From an uncultured Candidatus Actinomarina sp. (GTDB lineage Bacteria > Actinomycetota > Acidimicrobiia > Actinomarinales > Actinomarinaceae): a DNA stretch of 64,000 nucleotides. The stretch covers positions 26,483-90,482 of the forward strand of contig CACHTH010000002.1 in assembly GCA_902582695.1 (NCBI GenBank), in the 5' to 3' direction. Numbering within the stretch: the first letter of the stretch is position 1; each line of letters starts with the position of its first letter. Shown in pieces: positions 38,860 to 48,092 of this stretch. The notes beneath the pieces are model-generated. The model was not told where the DNA came from, searched no databases, and saw nothing but the letters and a program-made list of their open reading frames with translations. The translations under genes were made by a program, and so were the position numbers.

Positions 38860-39942
38860 ATGACAGAATCAATTGCCGTAATATTTGGTGGCCCATCTGA
38901 CGAGCATGATATATCTATATTGACCGGACTACAGTCCTCCAGGATTTTGTCTAATAAGTATGATGTTAAAAATATTTATTGGTCAAAAGACAATAAATGG
39001 TTTTTGGTTAATAATGCCTTAGAATCAATAGATTTTGTTGATAATGACGATATTTTCAAGAAAGAATTAACGATAAAATACGATTCTGAGCCAGGATTTT
39101 ATTTAAAAAAGAAAAAAATTTCATTTGAAGTAGCAGTTAATGCTTGTCATGGAGGGCCAGGGGAAGATGGAACACTTCAAAGTTTGTTAAGTTTACTAAA
39201 TATTAACTATACAGGTCCCTCATTGACTACTTCACAGATAGGTATGGATAAGTACGTTTTCTTTACATTAATGAAAGAAATTGGAATACCTGTTTTAGAT
39301 AAACACTTAGTTAGCAAAAATACTAAACCTAATTTTTCTGGACCTTATATTTTAAAACCTAGATTTGGAGGATCCTCTATCGGAGTAGAGGTTGTTGAAG
39401 ACTACGAAACAGCTTTAAAACTCTCTAGAAATTCAAAAATTTACAGTCAAGGAGCAACAGTAGAAAAATTCCTTGAAAACTCTAACGATCTTCTTATTGG
39501 AATCAGGACATACCCAAACTTAGATTTCTCAGAAATTGAAAAACCAATTAGGACAAGTAGTTTTGAATTGTTTTCATACAACGATAAATATCTTGATAAT
39601 GGAGGATTAGAAGGATCAAAAAGAGAATTACCTGCAACTATTAGTAAAGAAATTGAATCTCAAATTAAAAAAATACTTACATTGTTCGTTGAACAAATTG
39701 AAATAAGAGGAATATCAAGAGTAGATTTTTTACTTCACAATGAAAATTTATATTTAAATGAAGTTAATACTATTCCTGGAAGCCATGCATTATATCTTTG
39801 GCAAAATATTGGTAAAAGTAAGTTCGAACTTTTAAATGACATGATAGAAGAGGCTAAAAATAGTGTTACCCATTGGAGCACAGAGGGATCAGACGGAATA
39901 GCTTTAAAAAGCGCTAAAGACATACAAAGCAAATTAGGTTAA
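38860..39942 (+). CDS. ddl: D-alanine--D-alanine ligase family ATP-grasp enzyme
   Basis: 360 aa. IAVIFGGPSDEHDISILTG, CHGGPGEDGTLQSLLSLLNINYTGP and YLNEVNTIPGSHALYLW follow the Ddl consensus blocks. Confidence 0.7.
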   Translation: MTESIAVIFGGPSDEHDISILTGLQSSRILSNKYDVKNIYWSKDNKWFLVNNALESIDFVDNDDIFKKELTIKYDSEPGFYLKKKKISFEVAVNACHGGPGEDGTLQSLLSLLNINYTGPSLTTSQIGMDKYVFFTLMKEIGIPVLDKHLVSKNTKPNFSGPYILKPRFGGSSIGVEVVEDYETALKLSRNSKIYSQGATVEKFLENSNDLLIGIRTYPNLDFSEIEKPIRTSSFELFSYNDKYLDNGGLEGSKRELPATISKEIESQIKKILTLFVEQIEIRGISRVDFLLHNENLYLNEVNTIPGSHALYLWQNIGKSKFELLNDMIEEAKNSVTHWSTEGSDGIALKSAKDIQSKLG

Positions 39943-39948
39943 AAATTT

Positions 39949-40584
39949 ATGAATGGTATTTATTGGGACTGTGATGGTACTTTAATGGATACCGAAACAT
40001 CATATGGTTTAGCGTGGAAAGAACATCTAAGTGAATTTGGACTTGAGATATCTGAAGAGGAAACTAGACAATGGGTGGGTATAGACGATAGATTAGTTCA
40101 CAGCTTTTATGCAAAAAATGTTGATCTAGAAAATTTTGAGAAAACTATGGCATCTCTTGGAAAAATTATAGAAGGGACATTGAACGAAAAACTACTTTTT
40201 CAAGATGCAAAAATATTACTCGAGGAGACAAACAGCAGGGGATGGACGTCAGCATGTGTCTCAGCAAGCCCTTATGAGTTATTAAAAAATAAATTAATAA
40301 AAGCAAATATTTTTGATTATTTCTCATATGTTATTGGTGGTGATCAAGTTGAAAGAAATAAACCATATCCAGATATTTACAATAAAGCGATCAGCGAACT
40401 TCAAACTACTAAGAATATAATTATTGAAGACAGTCCTCCTGGCATTTCATCTGGAAAGGCATCGGGTTCTTTTGTAGTTGCAATTGATAGAGGTATATTT
40501 TCAAAAGATGAATTAAATAAAGCGGACTTAATCGTTGATAATTTATCTATAGATATCATAGAAACAGTTTTTAATAGCCTTTAA
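39949..40584 (+). CDS. HAD-superfamily hydrolase (beta-phosphoglucomutase/phosphatase-like)
   Basis: 211 aa. Motif I YWDCDGTLMDTE (DxDGT), and motif IV IEDSPPGISSGKASG. Confidence 0.75.
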   Translation: MNGIYWDCDGTLMDTETSYGLAWKEHLSEFGLEISEEETRQWVGIDDRLVHSFYAKNVDLENFEKTMASLGKIIEGTLNEKLLFQDAKILLEETNSRGWTSACVSASPYELLKNKLIKANIFDYFSYVIGGDQVERNKPYPDIYNKAISELQTTKNIIIEDSPPGISSGKASGSFVVAIDRGIFSKDELNKADLIVDNLSIDIIETVFNSL

Positions 40585-40637
40585 ACATTGATGAAATTCA
40601 AAATAAATTACAAAACTGACTTAGGCGCAAAAATAGA

Positions 40638-41060
40638 CTAAGACAAATTTAAAATTAATACAGGTATTTTACGTTTTGTTCTCTGTTGGTAATTGGAATA
40701 TCCACCTTTATTCATGTAATCCATTTTTAACCACCAGTCTTCACGCTCTTCATCAGATACTTCTTTTGCGACTGCAGTGTATTTCTTTCTTCCAATTTGA
40801 ATTTCACATTTAGGGTTAGCTTTTAAATTATGATACCAGCCTGGATTAGTTGGACTTCCACCTTTAGATGCTACTAGACAAATCTCATTACCTTCTTTCA
40901 TGAACACAAGAACATTTTTTCTTAACAAATTAGTCTTGGCACCAGTTGAGAAAAGAATTAAACACGGCCTTCCTTGTAGAAATTTTCCTATTCTGCCATT
41001 TGAATAGATATAAATATAATTGTGAAAAAATAAGAATATAAAAATTAAATATCTTCTCAT
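40638..41060 (-). CDS. Deazaflavin (F420H2)-dependent nitroreductase-family protein (Ddn-like, DUF385), membrane-anchored
   Basis: Start chosen at MRRYLIF (ATGA overlap with the upstream stop). GGSPTNPGWYHNLKANPKCEI matches the Ddn-family signature (NPAWYYNLRANP). There is an N-terminal hydrophobic helix. Confidence 0.65.
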   Translation of the reverse strand: MRRYLIFIFLFFHNYIYIYSNGRIGKFLQGRPCLILFSTGAKTNLLRKNVLVFMKEGNEICLVASKGGSPTNPGWYHNLKANPKCEIQIGRKKYTAVAKEVSDEEREDWWLKMDYMNKGGYSNYQQRTKRKIPVLILNLS

Positions 41061-42265
41061 ATATTTAACTTTATCTTTTTTCTCCATGAACTGAAACTTG
41101 TGGGGTAAAAATTAATGGGATTTGCAAGTCGAAATGCTGGGAATTCTATAGATGGAATATTTCTTTCTGTAATTTTTTTGTATTTTGGTACTGGTGCAAA
41201 TGTTGATGCAAAATTTTTATTTCGTAAATAATCATCTGGATTGGTTAAATGTACTTGCAGCTCTCTTTTGCTATTTATTTCTTTAAGGCAATCAAGTAAA
41301 AAATTAATTCTCTTTGTTGATAATTGCAATTTACTTAACAGATTTATATCAAATATAAAAATTACTGGTAGTTCTTGATAATGACTCATTGCTGGATCAT
41401 TGTCTCCAATAGATTCACCGGTAATCCATACAAAGGATGGTTTAGTACTGTTATTTTCTCTTATGTTTTTTGGACCAAAAACCTTTTCTTCATCTACTTT
41501 AAAATTATTATTTAATTTTTCAGAAATATTTGTTTGTGGCCATTCTTGAATAGGGCAGTCATATTTTAATTCACAATTATTACATAACTGTGGTGCCCTT
41601 TTTTCAACTTGGAATTTGGAAAATCCATATGGCTTTCCTGTTTGAGACCCCATGACCCAATGCCATCCCAATCTGTTTGCAAAACGAGACCCATCTAATA
41701 AATGTTGAAACATATAGTCTTCATATTGATTCCAGTCGCTCCCCACCCTTAAAGAATTATGAGATGCATACCACATTCTTGTTTGGTTAACCATATAACC
41801 TGTTTTTTCCAGTTCTTCTTCGATAGTAGATACACAATTCATATTTTTATAAACATCTGCATTCGAATCAGGTTTTTCTATTTTGTAATTTAGATATTTT
41901 CTTGATTTTTTACCAACTATTGCATATAAATGTCTTGAAAACTCTTGCCAAAGCAACTCATCTTGGAATTTAGTTCTATCTTTGTATTCAAATTTTTCAA
42001 CTGCTTTCCATACATCAGAAAGACTAAGTAAACCATGACGTATATAGGGGGATAAATAAGACGAACCTCTTGAATCTTTTGGGTAAACATTGTTTCTTTT
42101 TGTAGCATATTTATCAATGTTTAATTGATTTAATGCATTATCTGCATTTGACTGCCCACCAGACAAAAATGGATAAGTGAAATCATCACAACAAAGGTCA
42201 CTAAAATGTTTTCGTATTATTTCTTTATTATCAAGTTGTAGATCTATTAAAGACATTAAATGCAA
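41057..42265 (-). CDS. Photolyase/cryptochrome-family protein with atypical domain order
   Basis: 402 aa. The N-terminal 280 aa or so are a clear photolyase FAD-binding domain (SYLSPYIRHGLLS, ELLWQEFSRHLY, LGWHWVMGS). The C-terminal 115 aa or so resemble the start of the photolyase alpha/beta domain (FVWITGESIGDNDPAM, PVIFIFD, KRINFLLDCLKEI). Confidence 0.65.
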   Translation of the reverse strand: MHLMSLIDLQLDNKEIIRKHFSDLCCDDFTYPFLSGGQSNADNALNQLNIDKYATKRNNVYPKDSRGSSYLSPYIRHGLLSLSDVWKAVEKFEYKDRTKFQDELLWQEFSRHLYAIVGKKSRKYLNYKIEKPDSNADVYKNMNCVSTIEEELEKTGYMVNQTRMWYASHNSLRVGSDWNQYEDYMFQHLLDGSRFANRLGWHWVMGSQTGKPYGFSKFQVEKRAPQLCNNCELKYDCPIQEWPQTNISEKLNNNFKVDEEKVFGPKNIRENNSTKPSFVWITGESIGDNDPAMSHYQELPVIFIFDINLLSKLQLSTKRINFLLDCLKEINSKRELQVHLTNPDDYLRNKNFASTFAPVPKYKKITERNIPSIEFPAFRLANPINFYPTSFSSWRKKIKLNI

Positions 42266-42481
42266 TTAGTATTTATCTTGTCCGATTCGTATATTTACAA
42301 CAGTTAAAACTTCTTCTCTATTTTCTATATCGAAATTTACTCTTTGCCCCTGTCTTAGGGTTCTAAAAATAGATCCCTTTAAGGATCCGGGTGCAAGAAA
42401 GACTTCTGATTTGTCCGTGTCTAGTAAGATAATTCCATTACCTGTATTTGGGTCATAGGATTTTACAACACCCTGAGCCAT
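42266..42481 (-). CDS. Cold-shock-domain-like small protein with degenerate RNP motifs
   Basis: 71 aa. [34 protein letters not shown] aligns to Csp [34 protein letters not shown]. The aromatic residues of RNP1/RNP2 are replaced (KGFGFI becomes TGNGII). Confidence 0.5.
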   Translation of the reverse strand: MAQGVVKSYDPNTGNGIILLDTDKSEVFLAPGSLKGSIFRTLRQGQRVNFDIENREEVLTVVNIRIGQDKY

Positions 42482-42717
42482 TAGACTTTTTCGCCTCTAC
42501 TTCTTATTTCTTTAACAACAGACTCAATTCCGCGCTTGTCTATTACTTTATTGCCTTTTGTACTAACTTTAAGCTTTACCCACCGGTTTTCACTTTCAAG
42601 CCAGTATTTTTTAGTTTGAATATTAGGTTTGAACCATCGATTGTTTCTTTTATGAGAAAAAGATACATGTTTACCTGATCTTGGCTCTTTTCCAGTTACT
42701 TGACATCTATTTGACAT
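42481..42717 (-). CDS. rpmB: 50S ribosomal protein L28
   Basis: 78 aa. [64 protein letters not shown] is colinear with bacterial L28. Confidence 0.85.
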   Translation of the reverse strand: MSNRCQVTGKEPRSGKHVSFSHKRNNRWFKPNIQTKKYWLESENRWVKLKVSTKGNKVIDKRGIESVVKEIRSRGEKV

Positions 42718-42802
42718 AATTATTTCCTCTAAATTACATTTATAACTATAACTAATTTATTAATTTGTAGGTACTTTCATTTTAAAACTTTTTAGGTAAT
42801 GT

Positions 42803-44929
42803 TTGATTGTGGTTGAAAGAAGTTTAAGTTACTTAGATAATATAAAGTTAGATTCTTTAAAAGGATTTGGTGAGAAAAGATATTCAAATCTTAAAAAGAG
42901 TAATTTATCATCCATTACAGATTTAATTAGATTTTATCCAAGAAAACACATTGATAGATCAAAAATAAAAACAATAAATCAAATTGATCAATCAGATATT
43001 GAAAAAGAAGTAACAATGATTGGTACGATCAGTAATGTTTCAGTCTTTACAACTAAATCAAGATTACGGATAACGACGCTTTCAATAAAAGACAGCACAG
43101 GCTTGGTAAAAGCAAAATGGTTTGGACCTCAATATATAGAATCCAGATTTAAAGAGGGTGAAGATGTGGCTCTTTCTGGAAAGCCTGAAATTAAAAAAAC
43201 TGGATCAATAGAATTTAAAAATCCCACAATAGAAAAATTTGCTGATATAGATGAACTGAGCGAGACGGGATCTTTAATTCCTATATATCCAAAAGTTGAT
43301 GGTGTATCTAGTGGTGTAATAAGAAAAGCAATAAAAGACGCATTGTCAATTATTGATACACCTAAAGAAGAGTTTGAACCTGGAATTGAAGACATGCTTA
43401 CTAGTGAGGTTGTAGATAAAAATTCAATTTTCTCTAGAACTGAAAGTTTTAAATCAATCCATTTCCCTAAAACCATTGAAGAATTCCAAAAAGCAAGAGA
43501 AAGGCTTGCTCTTGATGAATTTATTTATTTACGCTCTATATTTGAAAATTTAAAATCTGAATTTAAAAATAAAAACAAAGGGCCAAAATATATTTTTGAA
43601 AATTCATTAATAGACACTTTTGTTGCAGACTTACCATTTCAACTCACAGAATCTCAAACAAAAGCCTATAAAGAGATTCTAGAAGATTTAAAAAATGATT
43701 ATCCCATGAAAAGACTTCTTCAAGGCGATGTTGGCTCAGGAAAGACAGTTGTGGCTGCAATTTCTATATATGCTGTAATAAATTCAGGTTACCAAGTGGC
43801 ACTAATGGCTCCAACGGAAGTATTGGCTGAACAACATTTAAATTCATTAAATGCATTTTTAAAAAATTCAGATGTAGAGATTAATTTTCTTACTTCCTCT
43901 GTCAAAGATAGAATCGAAGTAATGAATAATATATCTGATGGTAAGCCTGGCTTATATATAGGTACTCATGCCTTAATTCAAGACAAAGTATTTTTTAGTA
44001 ATTTAGGACTCGTAATTATTGACGAGCAACAGAGATTTGGTGTTGACCAAAGAAAAAAATTAATTTCAGATTCAGAAATAACTCCCGACCAACTTGTTAT
44101 GACTGCAACTCCAATACCAAGAACCACTGCTCTATCTATATATGGTGACTTAGAGATATCCTCAATTAATGAATTACCTCCAGGCAGAAAGCCAATTATT
44201 TCACATTTATATAGTGGTTTAAAAAAAGACAATGAGAAAGTTTTTGAAAAGTGTTACAAACATTTAGATGATGATTCGCAAATATTTGTAGTTTGTCCCT
44301 ATATAGAAGAGAGTGAGTCTTCTGATATACAGGCAGCAGAAAAAGTTTTTTTGGAATATTCTAAAAAATTCTCGGATTATAAGGTTGTTCTTTTACATGG
44401 AAAGATGTCTTATGAGGAAAAAGAAAATATAATGCGATCAATGCAGGATGGCTCTATAGACATACTTGTCTCTACTGTAGTTATAGAGGTCGGTATAGAC
44501 ATTCCAAATGCCTCTCTTATGATTATTGAAAGCGCAGAAAGATTTGGTCTTAATCAACTGCACCAGCTCAGAGGAAGAGTAGGTAGAGGAGAAAAACAAT
44601 CAGAGTGTATTTTTCACATTACGAATAAAAAATCTCTCAGCACTATCAGTGAAGAAGGTGTGAAAAGATTAGAGGCTATATCAACAATGAGTGATGGATT
44701 TAAATTATCAGAGATAGATTTAGAAATTCGCGGTGAAGGAAAGGTAACTGGTAAAAACCAATCAGGTAGGTCTGATTTAAAAATTGCTGATTTACGTTTT
44801 GATTATGGTCTACTTATTCAATCCAAAGAAATTTATGATGATATCAATAGTTTAAATTCTTCGAATAAAGTATTTGAAGAAGCAAAATTATTATTTCCGA
44901 ATTATTTTCAAGCAGATGGTACTACATGA
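42803..44929 (+). CDS. recG: ATP-dependent DNA helicase RecG
   Basis: 708 aa. Wedge/OB N-domain, helicase motif I LLQGDVGSGKTVVA, DEQQRFGV (motif II), and the C-terminal helicase domain with LHQLRGRVGRGE. Confidence 0.85.
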   Translation: MIVVERSLSYLDNIKLDSLKGFGEKRYSNLKKSNLSSITDLIRFYPRKHIDRSKIKTINQIDQSDIEKEVTMIGTISNVSVFTTKSRLRITTLSIKDSTGLVKAKWFGPQYIESRFKEGEDVALSGKPEIKKTGSIEFKNPTIEKFADIDELSETGSLIPIYPKVDGVSSGVIRKAIKDALSIIDTPKEEFEPGIEDMLTSEVVDKNSIFSRTESFKSIHFPKTIEEFQKARERLALDEFIYLRSIFENLKSEFKNKNKGPKYIFENSLIDTFVADLPFQLTESQTKAYKEILEDLKNDYPMKRLLQGDVGSGKTVVAAISIYAVINSGYQVALMAPTEVLAEQHLNSLNAFLKNSDVEINFLTSSVKDRIEVMNNISDGKPGLYIGTHALIQDKVFFSNLGLVIIDEQQRFGVDQRKKLISDSEITPDQLVMTATPIPRTTALSIYGDLEISSINELPPGRKPIISHLYSGLKKDNEKVFEKCYKHLDDDSQIFVVCPYIEESESSDIQAAEKVFLEYSKKFSDYKVVLLHGKMSYEEKENIMRSMQDGSIDILVSTVVIEVGIDIPNASLMIIESAERFGLNQLHQLRGRVGRGEKQSECIFHITNKKSLSTISEEGVKRLEAISTMSDGFKLSEIDLEIRGEGKVTGKNQSGRSDLKIADLRFDYGLLIQSKEIYDDINSLNSSNKVFEEAKLLFPNYFQADGTT

Positions 44930-45462
44930 GAGTTTTGGCAGGTATTTACAAGTCTAAAAAGATTGAAACAATTAATAACGCTGATACAAGACCAATGATG
45001 AGTAAAGTTAGGGAAGCAATTTTTAACTCAATTCAGTTCATGGTTGAAGACAAAGATGTTCTTGATTTATATTCTGGTTCTGGAAGTTTAGGTATTGAAG
45101 CATTAAGTAGGGGAGCAAATTATGTTACCTTTGTTGAGATCTCTAAAGAATGCATTTTAATACTTAAGAAAAACGTAGAAAAAATGTCAAGTAACCTAAG
45201 TATCGTAAATTCGCCAGTTAATTCTTTTATTCAAAATTCTATTAATAAATATGATCTAATTTTTTATGATCCTCCTTTTGAACTTGATGCAAATCAAGTA
45301 GATGAAGAAGTTTTAATCATAGAGAATATTTTAAATGATAGTGGGCTTTTAATTATTCATAGACACAAAGCTTCTGAGGATGTAAAGTTTTCAAAAAATT
45401 ATGAATTACACAGGGAAAAAAACTATGGGCAAAGTAAAATTCTTATATTGAGGAGAATATGA
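44926..45462 (+). CDS. rsmD: 16S rRNA (guanine966-N2)-methyltransferase RsmD
   Basis: 178 aa. SAM motif LDLYSGSGSLGIEALSRGA, and DPPF. ATGA overlap with recG. Confidence 0.8.
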   Translation: MRVLAGIYKSKKIETINNADTRPMMSKVREAIFNSIQFMVEDKDVLDLYSGSGSLGIEALSRGANYVTFVEISKECILILKKNVEKMSSNLSIVNSPVNSFIQNSINKYDLIFYDPPFELDANQVDEEVLIIENILNDSGLLIIHRHKASEDVKFSKNYELHREKNYGQSKILILRRI

Positions 45463-45923
45463 AAATTTTAATTCCTGGTTCATTTGACCCACCTACTAAT
45501 GGACATATTGATGTTATAAATAGATGTTCTGAAATATTTAGTGAGATTATTGTTGGAGTTGTTGTTAATCCCTCAAAGGAATCTTTATTTACACCAGAGG
45601 AAAGATCAGAAATGCTTGAAAAAATTTGTAATGAAAAAACGAATGTCAAAGTAAAAAGTTTTGAGGGTTTATTAGTTGATTTTGCCACATCAGAGTCGGT
45701 TGATGCTATTGTCAAAGGATTAAGAGCTATGACAGATTTTGACTATGAATTTCAAATGGCACAAGCTAACTCGACTTTAAAAGGATTTGAAACAATATTC
45801 ATACCTTCTTCTCCTGAATATGGATACCTATCAAGTTCCATGGTGAAAGAAATTCATTCATACGGTGGAGACATTAAATCTTTGGTTCCAGATTATGTTT
45901 TAGAGAGAATGAACAATGCCTGA
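45459..45923 (+). CDS. coaD: Phosphopantetheine adenylyltransferase
   Basis: 154 aa. PGSFDPPTNGHIDVI (HxGH nucleotidyltransferase motif), and the C-terminal ISSSMVKEI. ATGA overlap with rsmD. Confidence 0.9.
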   Translation: MKILIPGSFDPPTNGHIDVINRCSEIFSEIIVGVVVNPSKESLFTPEERSEMLEKICNEKTNVKVKSFEGLLVDFATSESVDAIVKGLRAMTDFDYEFQMAQANSTLKGFETIFIPSSPEYGYLSSSMVKEIHSYGGDIKSLVPDYVLERMNNA

Positions 45924-46413
45924 AGCAGAAATTAATTTTGAAGATATTGCAAAAGGAAATGTCAGAATTGACATAGTTGATAAATTAGAAAACCTAAGGG
46001 CAAGTCTCGAATCGAATTCCCTTACCGTAAGAGTCAATAAAAAGGAAATTATAAACAATATAGATGAAATAATTGACACAATTCCTGTAGAACTTCGAAC
46101 TGCAAGATGGATTGTAAGAGAACAGGAATCGTTTATTACCAAGGCTAAAGATGATTCAAAAGAGATTGTTGAAGAAGCTAGGCGTGAATCTGAAAAACTT
46201 ATTCAAGAATCATATGTTTTGCAAGAAGCAGTTATTGAAGCCAATGCAATAATCAAGCAAACTGAACTTGAAGCTCAATCTTATAGAGCAAATATTGAAG
46301 ATTCAGTAGATCGTAAAATGGAAGAAATTCAAAGCAAAATTAATCAGTTAAAAGATTTTTTAGATCAAGAGAGAACGAAACTTAGACAACCGCGCGATAT
46401 AGAAAAACCATAA
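45916..46413 (+). CDS. Hypothetical coiled-coil protein
   Basis: 165 aa, mostly heptad-like charged helices. I recognise no motif. It overlaps coaD by 8 nt. Confidence 0.45.
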   Translation: MPEAEINFEDIAKGNVRIDIVDKLENLRASLESNSLTVRVNKKEIINNIDEIIDTIPVELRTARWIVREQESFITKAKDDSKEIVEEARRESEKLIQESYVLQEAVIEANAIIKQTELEAQSYRANIEDSVDRKMEEIQSKINQLKDFLDQERTKLRQPRDIEKP

Positions 46414-46414
46414 A

Positions 46415-46912
46415 ATGATATTAAATACCAAGATTAAGTCAATTGACCTAATCTCTTCAAAAGATAAAATACAATTCGACAATGAAGGCACATTTCCAAT
46501 AAACTTTGGTAATAATTTTATTGATGAAAATGAACAAATTAAATTCCAATCAGAAATTGAATTAATTGAAGATAGGCTTTCTTTTTCAATTGATGTTAAT
46601 TTCAGATATCAAAGCAATTGCGGGAGATGTTTAACGGCTTCAAATAATGAAGATAGAAGTTCCTTTTCAACAACTTTGAATATAAAAGAAGATAACGACT
46701 ATGAAATAAATTATGATGATGAATACTTTGACTTATCACCTTTTATTTCAGAAATAATTATCGAAAAAATGGACATAAATTTTGTATGTTCACAAAAATG
46801 TAAGGGGCTTTGCTCATTTTGTGGTATAAACAAAAATAATTTAAGCTGTAATCACAATGAAAAAAATTCAAAAGAAAGTCCATTTTCTTCTCTAAGTCAG
46901 CTAGATTTGTAG
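46415..46912 (+). CDS. yceD: YceD/DUF177 family protein (large-subunit ribosome accumulation factor)
   Basis: 165 aa. The conserved position immediately upstream of rpmF, and a C-terminal Cys cluster CSQKCKGLCSFCG, typical of DUF177. Confidence 0.7.
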   Translation: MILNTKIKSIDLISSKDKIQFDNEGTFPINFGNNFIDENEQIKFQSEIELIEDRLSFSIDVNFRYQSNCGRCLTASNNEDRSSFSTTLNIKEDNDYEINYDDEYFDLSPFISEIIIEKMDINFVCSQKCKGLCSFCGINKNNLSCNHNEKNSKESPFSSLSQLDL

Positions 46913-46930
46913 TTTGAAAGGAATATAACC

Positions 46931-47113
46931 ATGGCAGTGCCAAAGAAAAAAATGTCTAAATCTAGAACTAGACGTAGAAAAGCTACTCATAAAGTTTCAA
47001 AACCGCATTTTGTAGTTGACCCAGAGACTGGTGTTGCAAAACAGTCACATAGGGTTAATCCTACAGATGGAACTTATAACGGTCGACAAGTCAAAGAACC
47101 TGAAGTAAGCTAA
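46931..47113 (+). CDS. rpmF: 50S ribosomal protein L32
   Basis: 60 aa. MAVPKKKMSKSRTRRRKATHKV is the canonical L32 N-terminus. Confidence 0.85.
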   Translation: MAVPKKKMSKSRTRRRKATHKVSKPHFVVDPETGVAKQSHRVNPTDGTYNGRQVKEPEVS

Positions 47114-47120
47114 AAAAATT

Positions 47121-48092
47121 ATGAATACTATTGCCGTAGATGCAATGGGTGGTGATTCAGCACCTGTAGAAATTGTTAAAGGTGCGATTAAAGCAAAGGA
47201 AAATGGCGTCAATGTCGTACTGTGTGGTGACGAAAATTTAATCAAACCTTATCTAGGATCAACAGAAATACCTGTCTACCATTTTCCTCAGGTAATTTCA
47301 ATGGACGAGGATCCACTTAAAGCTGTACGGTCAAAAAAAGAAGCATCTATAAATGGATGTATGCAATTATTAAAAGAAAAAAAGGTTGAGGCAGTATTTT
47401 CTGCAGGATCTACCGGTGCAACCCTAATAAGTGCAATTACAATTTTGGGAAAGCAAAGAGGTGTAATTAGACCTGCAATTGCTTCAGTCTTGCCAACTAT
47501 TGATAGAAGCGTGATATTACTTGACTCAGGTGCAAGTTTAGATGTTAAACCTAAAGTCCTTTATCAATTTGCCGTCATGGGATCAAAGCTTGCTGAAGCT
47601 CTTTTTGACATTGATTCACCGAAAATAGGACTTTTAAATAACGGCGAAGAAGAGTCAAAGGGTAGAGAACTTGAAAAATCTGCCTTTAAACTTTTAAATT
47701 CAAGTTCTTTAAATTTCGTTGGAAATGTAGAAGGTAGAGATTTTGCAACTAATAAGGTTGATGTTTTTGTTACTGATGGATTTACAGGTAATGTTGTATT
47801 AAAAACTTTAGAAGGAACTGCAAAACTTCAGCAAAGCCTAATATCTACCTCTCTAAAACAAAATCTATTTAAACCTTTTTTACCATCAGTCAAGAAAGCT
47901 TTAAAACCTGTAAAGGATCAATTAAACCCTGATAAAACAAATGCTTCTTACTTATTAGGCATCGATGGTTTAGTAACAATTGGCCATGGTTCATCTAAGC
48001 AGGAAGCAATTATGAATGGTATTCAATATACAAATGAATCCATCAACAAAGATTTTATTGGTAAGTTTTCTGATGCCATCAAAGAGTTATGA
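47121..48092 (+). CDS. plsX: Phosphate acyltransferase PlsX
   Basis: 323 aa. IAVDAMGGD N-terminus, LLDSGA, and the C-terminal GHGSS block of PlsX. Confidence 0.85.
   Translation: MNTIAVDAMGGDSAPVEIVKGAIKAKENGVNVVLCGDENLIKPYLGSTEIPVYHFPQVISMDEDPLKAVRSKKEASINGCMQLLKEKKVEAVFSAGSTGATLISAITILGKQRGVIRPAIASVLPTIDRSVILLDSGASLDVKPKVLYQFAVMGSKLAEALFDIDSPKIGLLNNGEEESKGRELEKSAFKLLNSSSLNFVGNVEGRDFATNKVDVFVTDGFTGNVVLKTLEGTAKLQQSLISTSLKQNLFKPFLPSVKKALKPVKDQLNPDKTNASYLLGIDGLVTIGHGSSKQEAIMNGIQYTNESINKDFIGKFSDAIKEL

Noticed and set aside
42448-42678. 76-aa plus-strand ORF overlapping rpmB and the CSD-like gene
   Set aside because: It is antisense to the highly conserved L28 sequence. It is hydrophobic and low-complexity with no start context.
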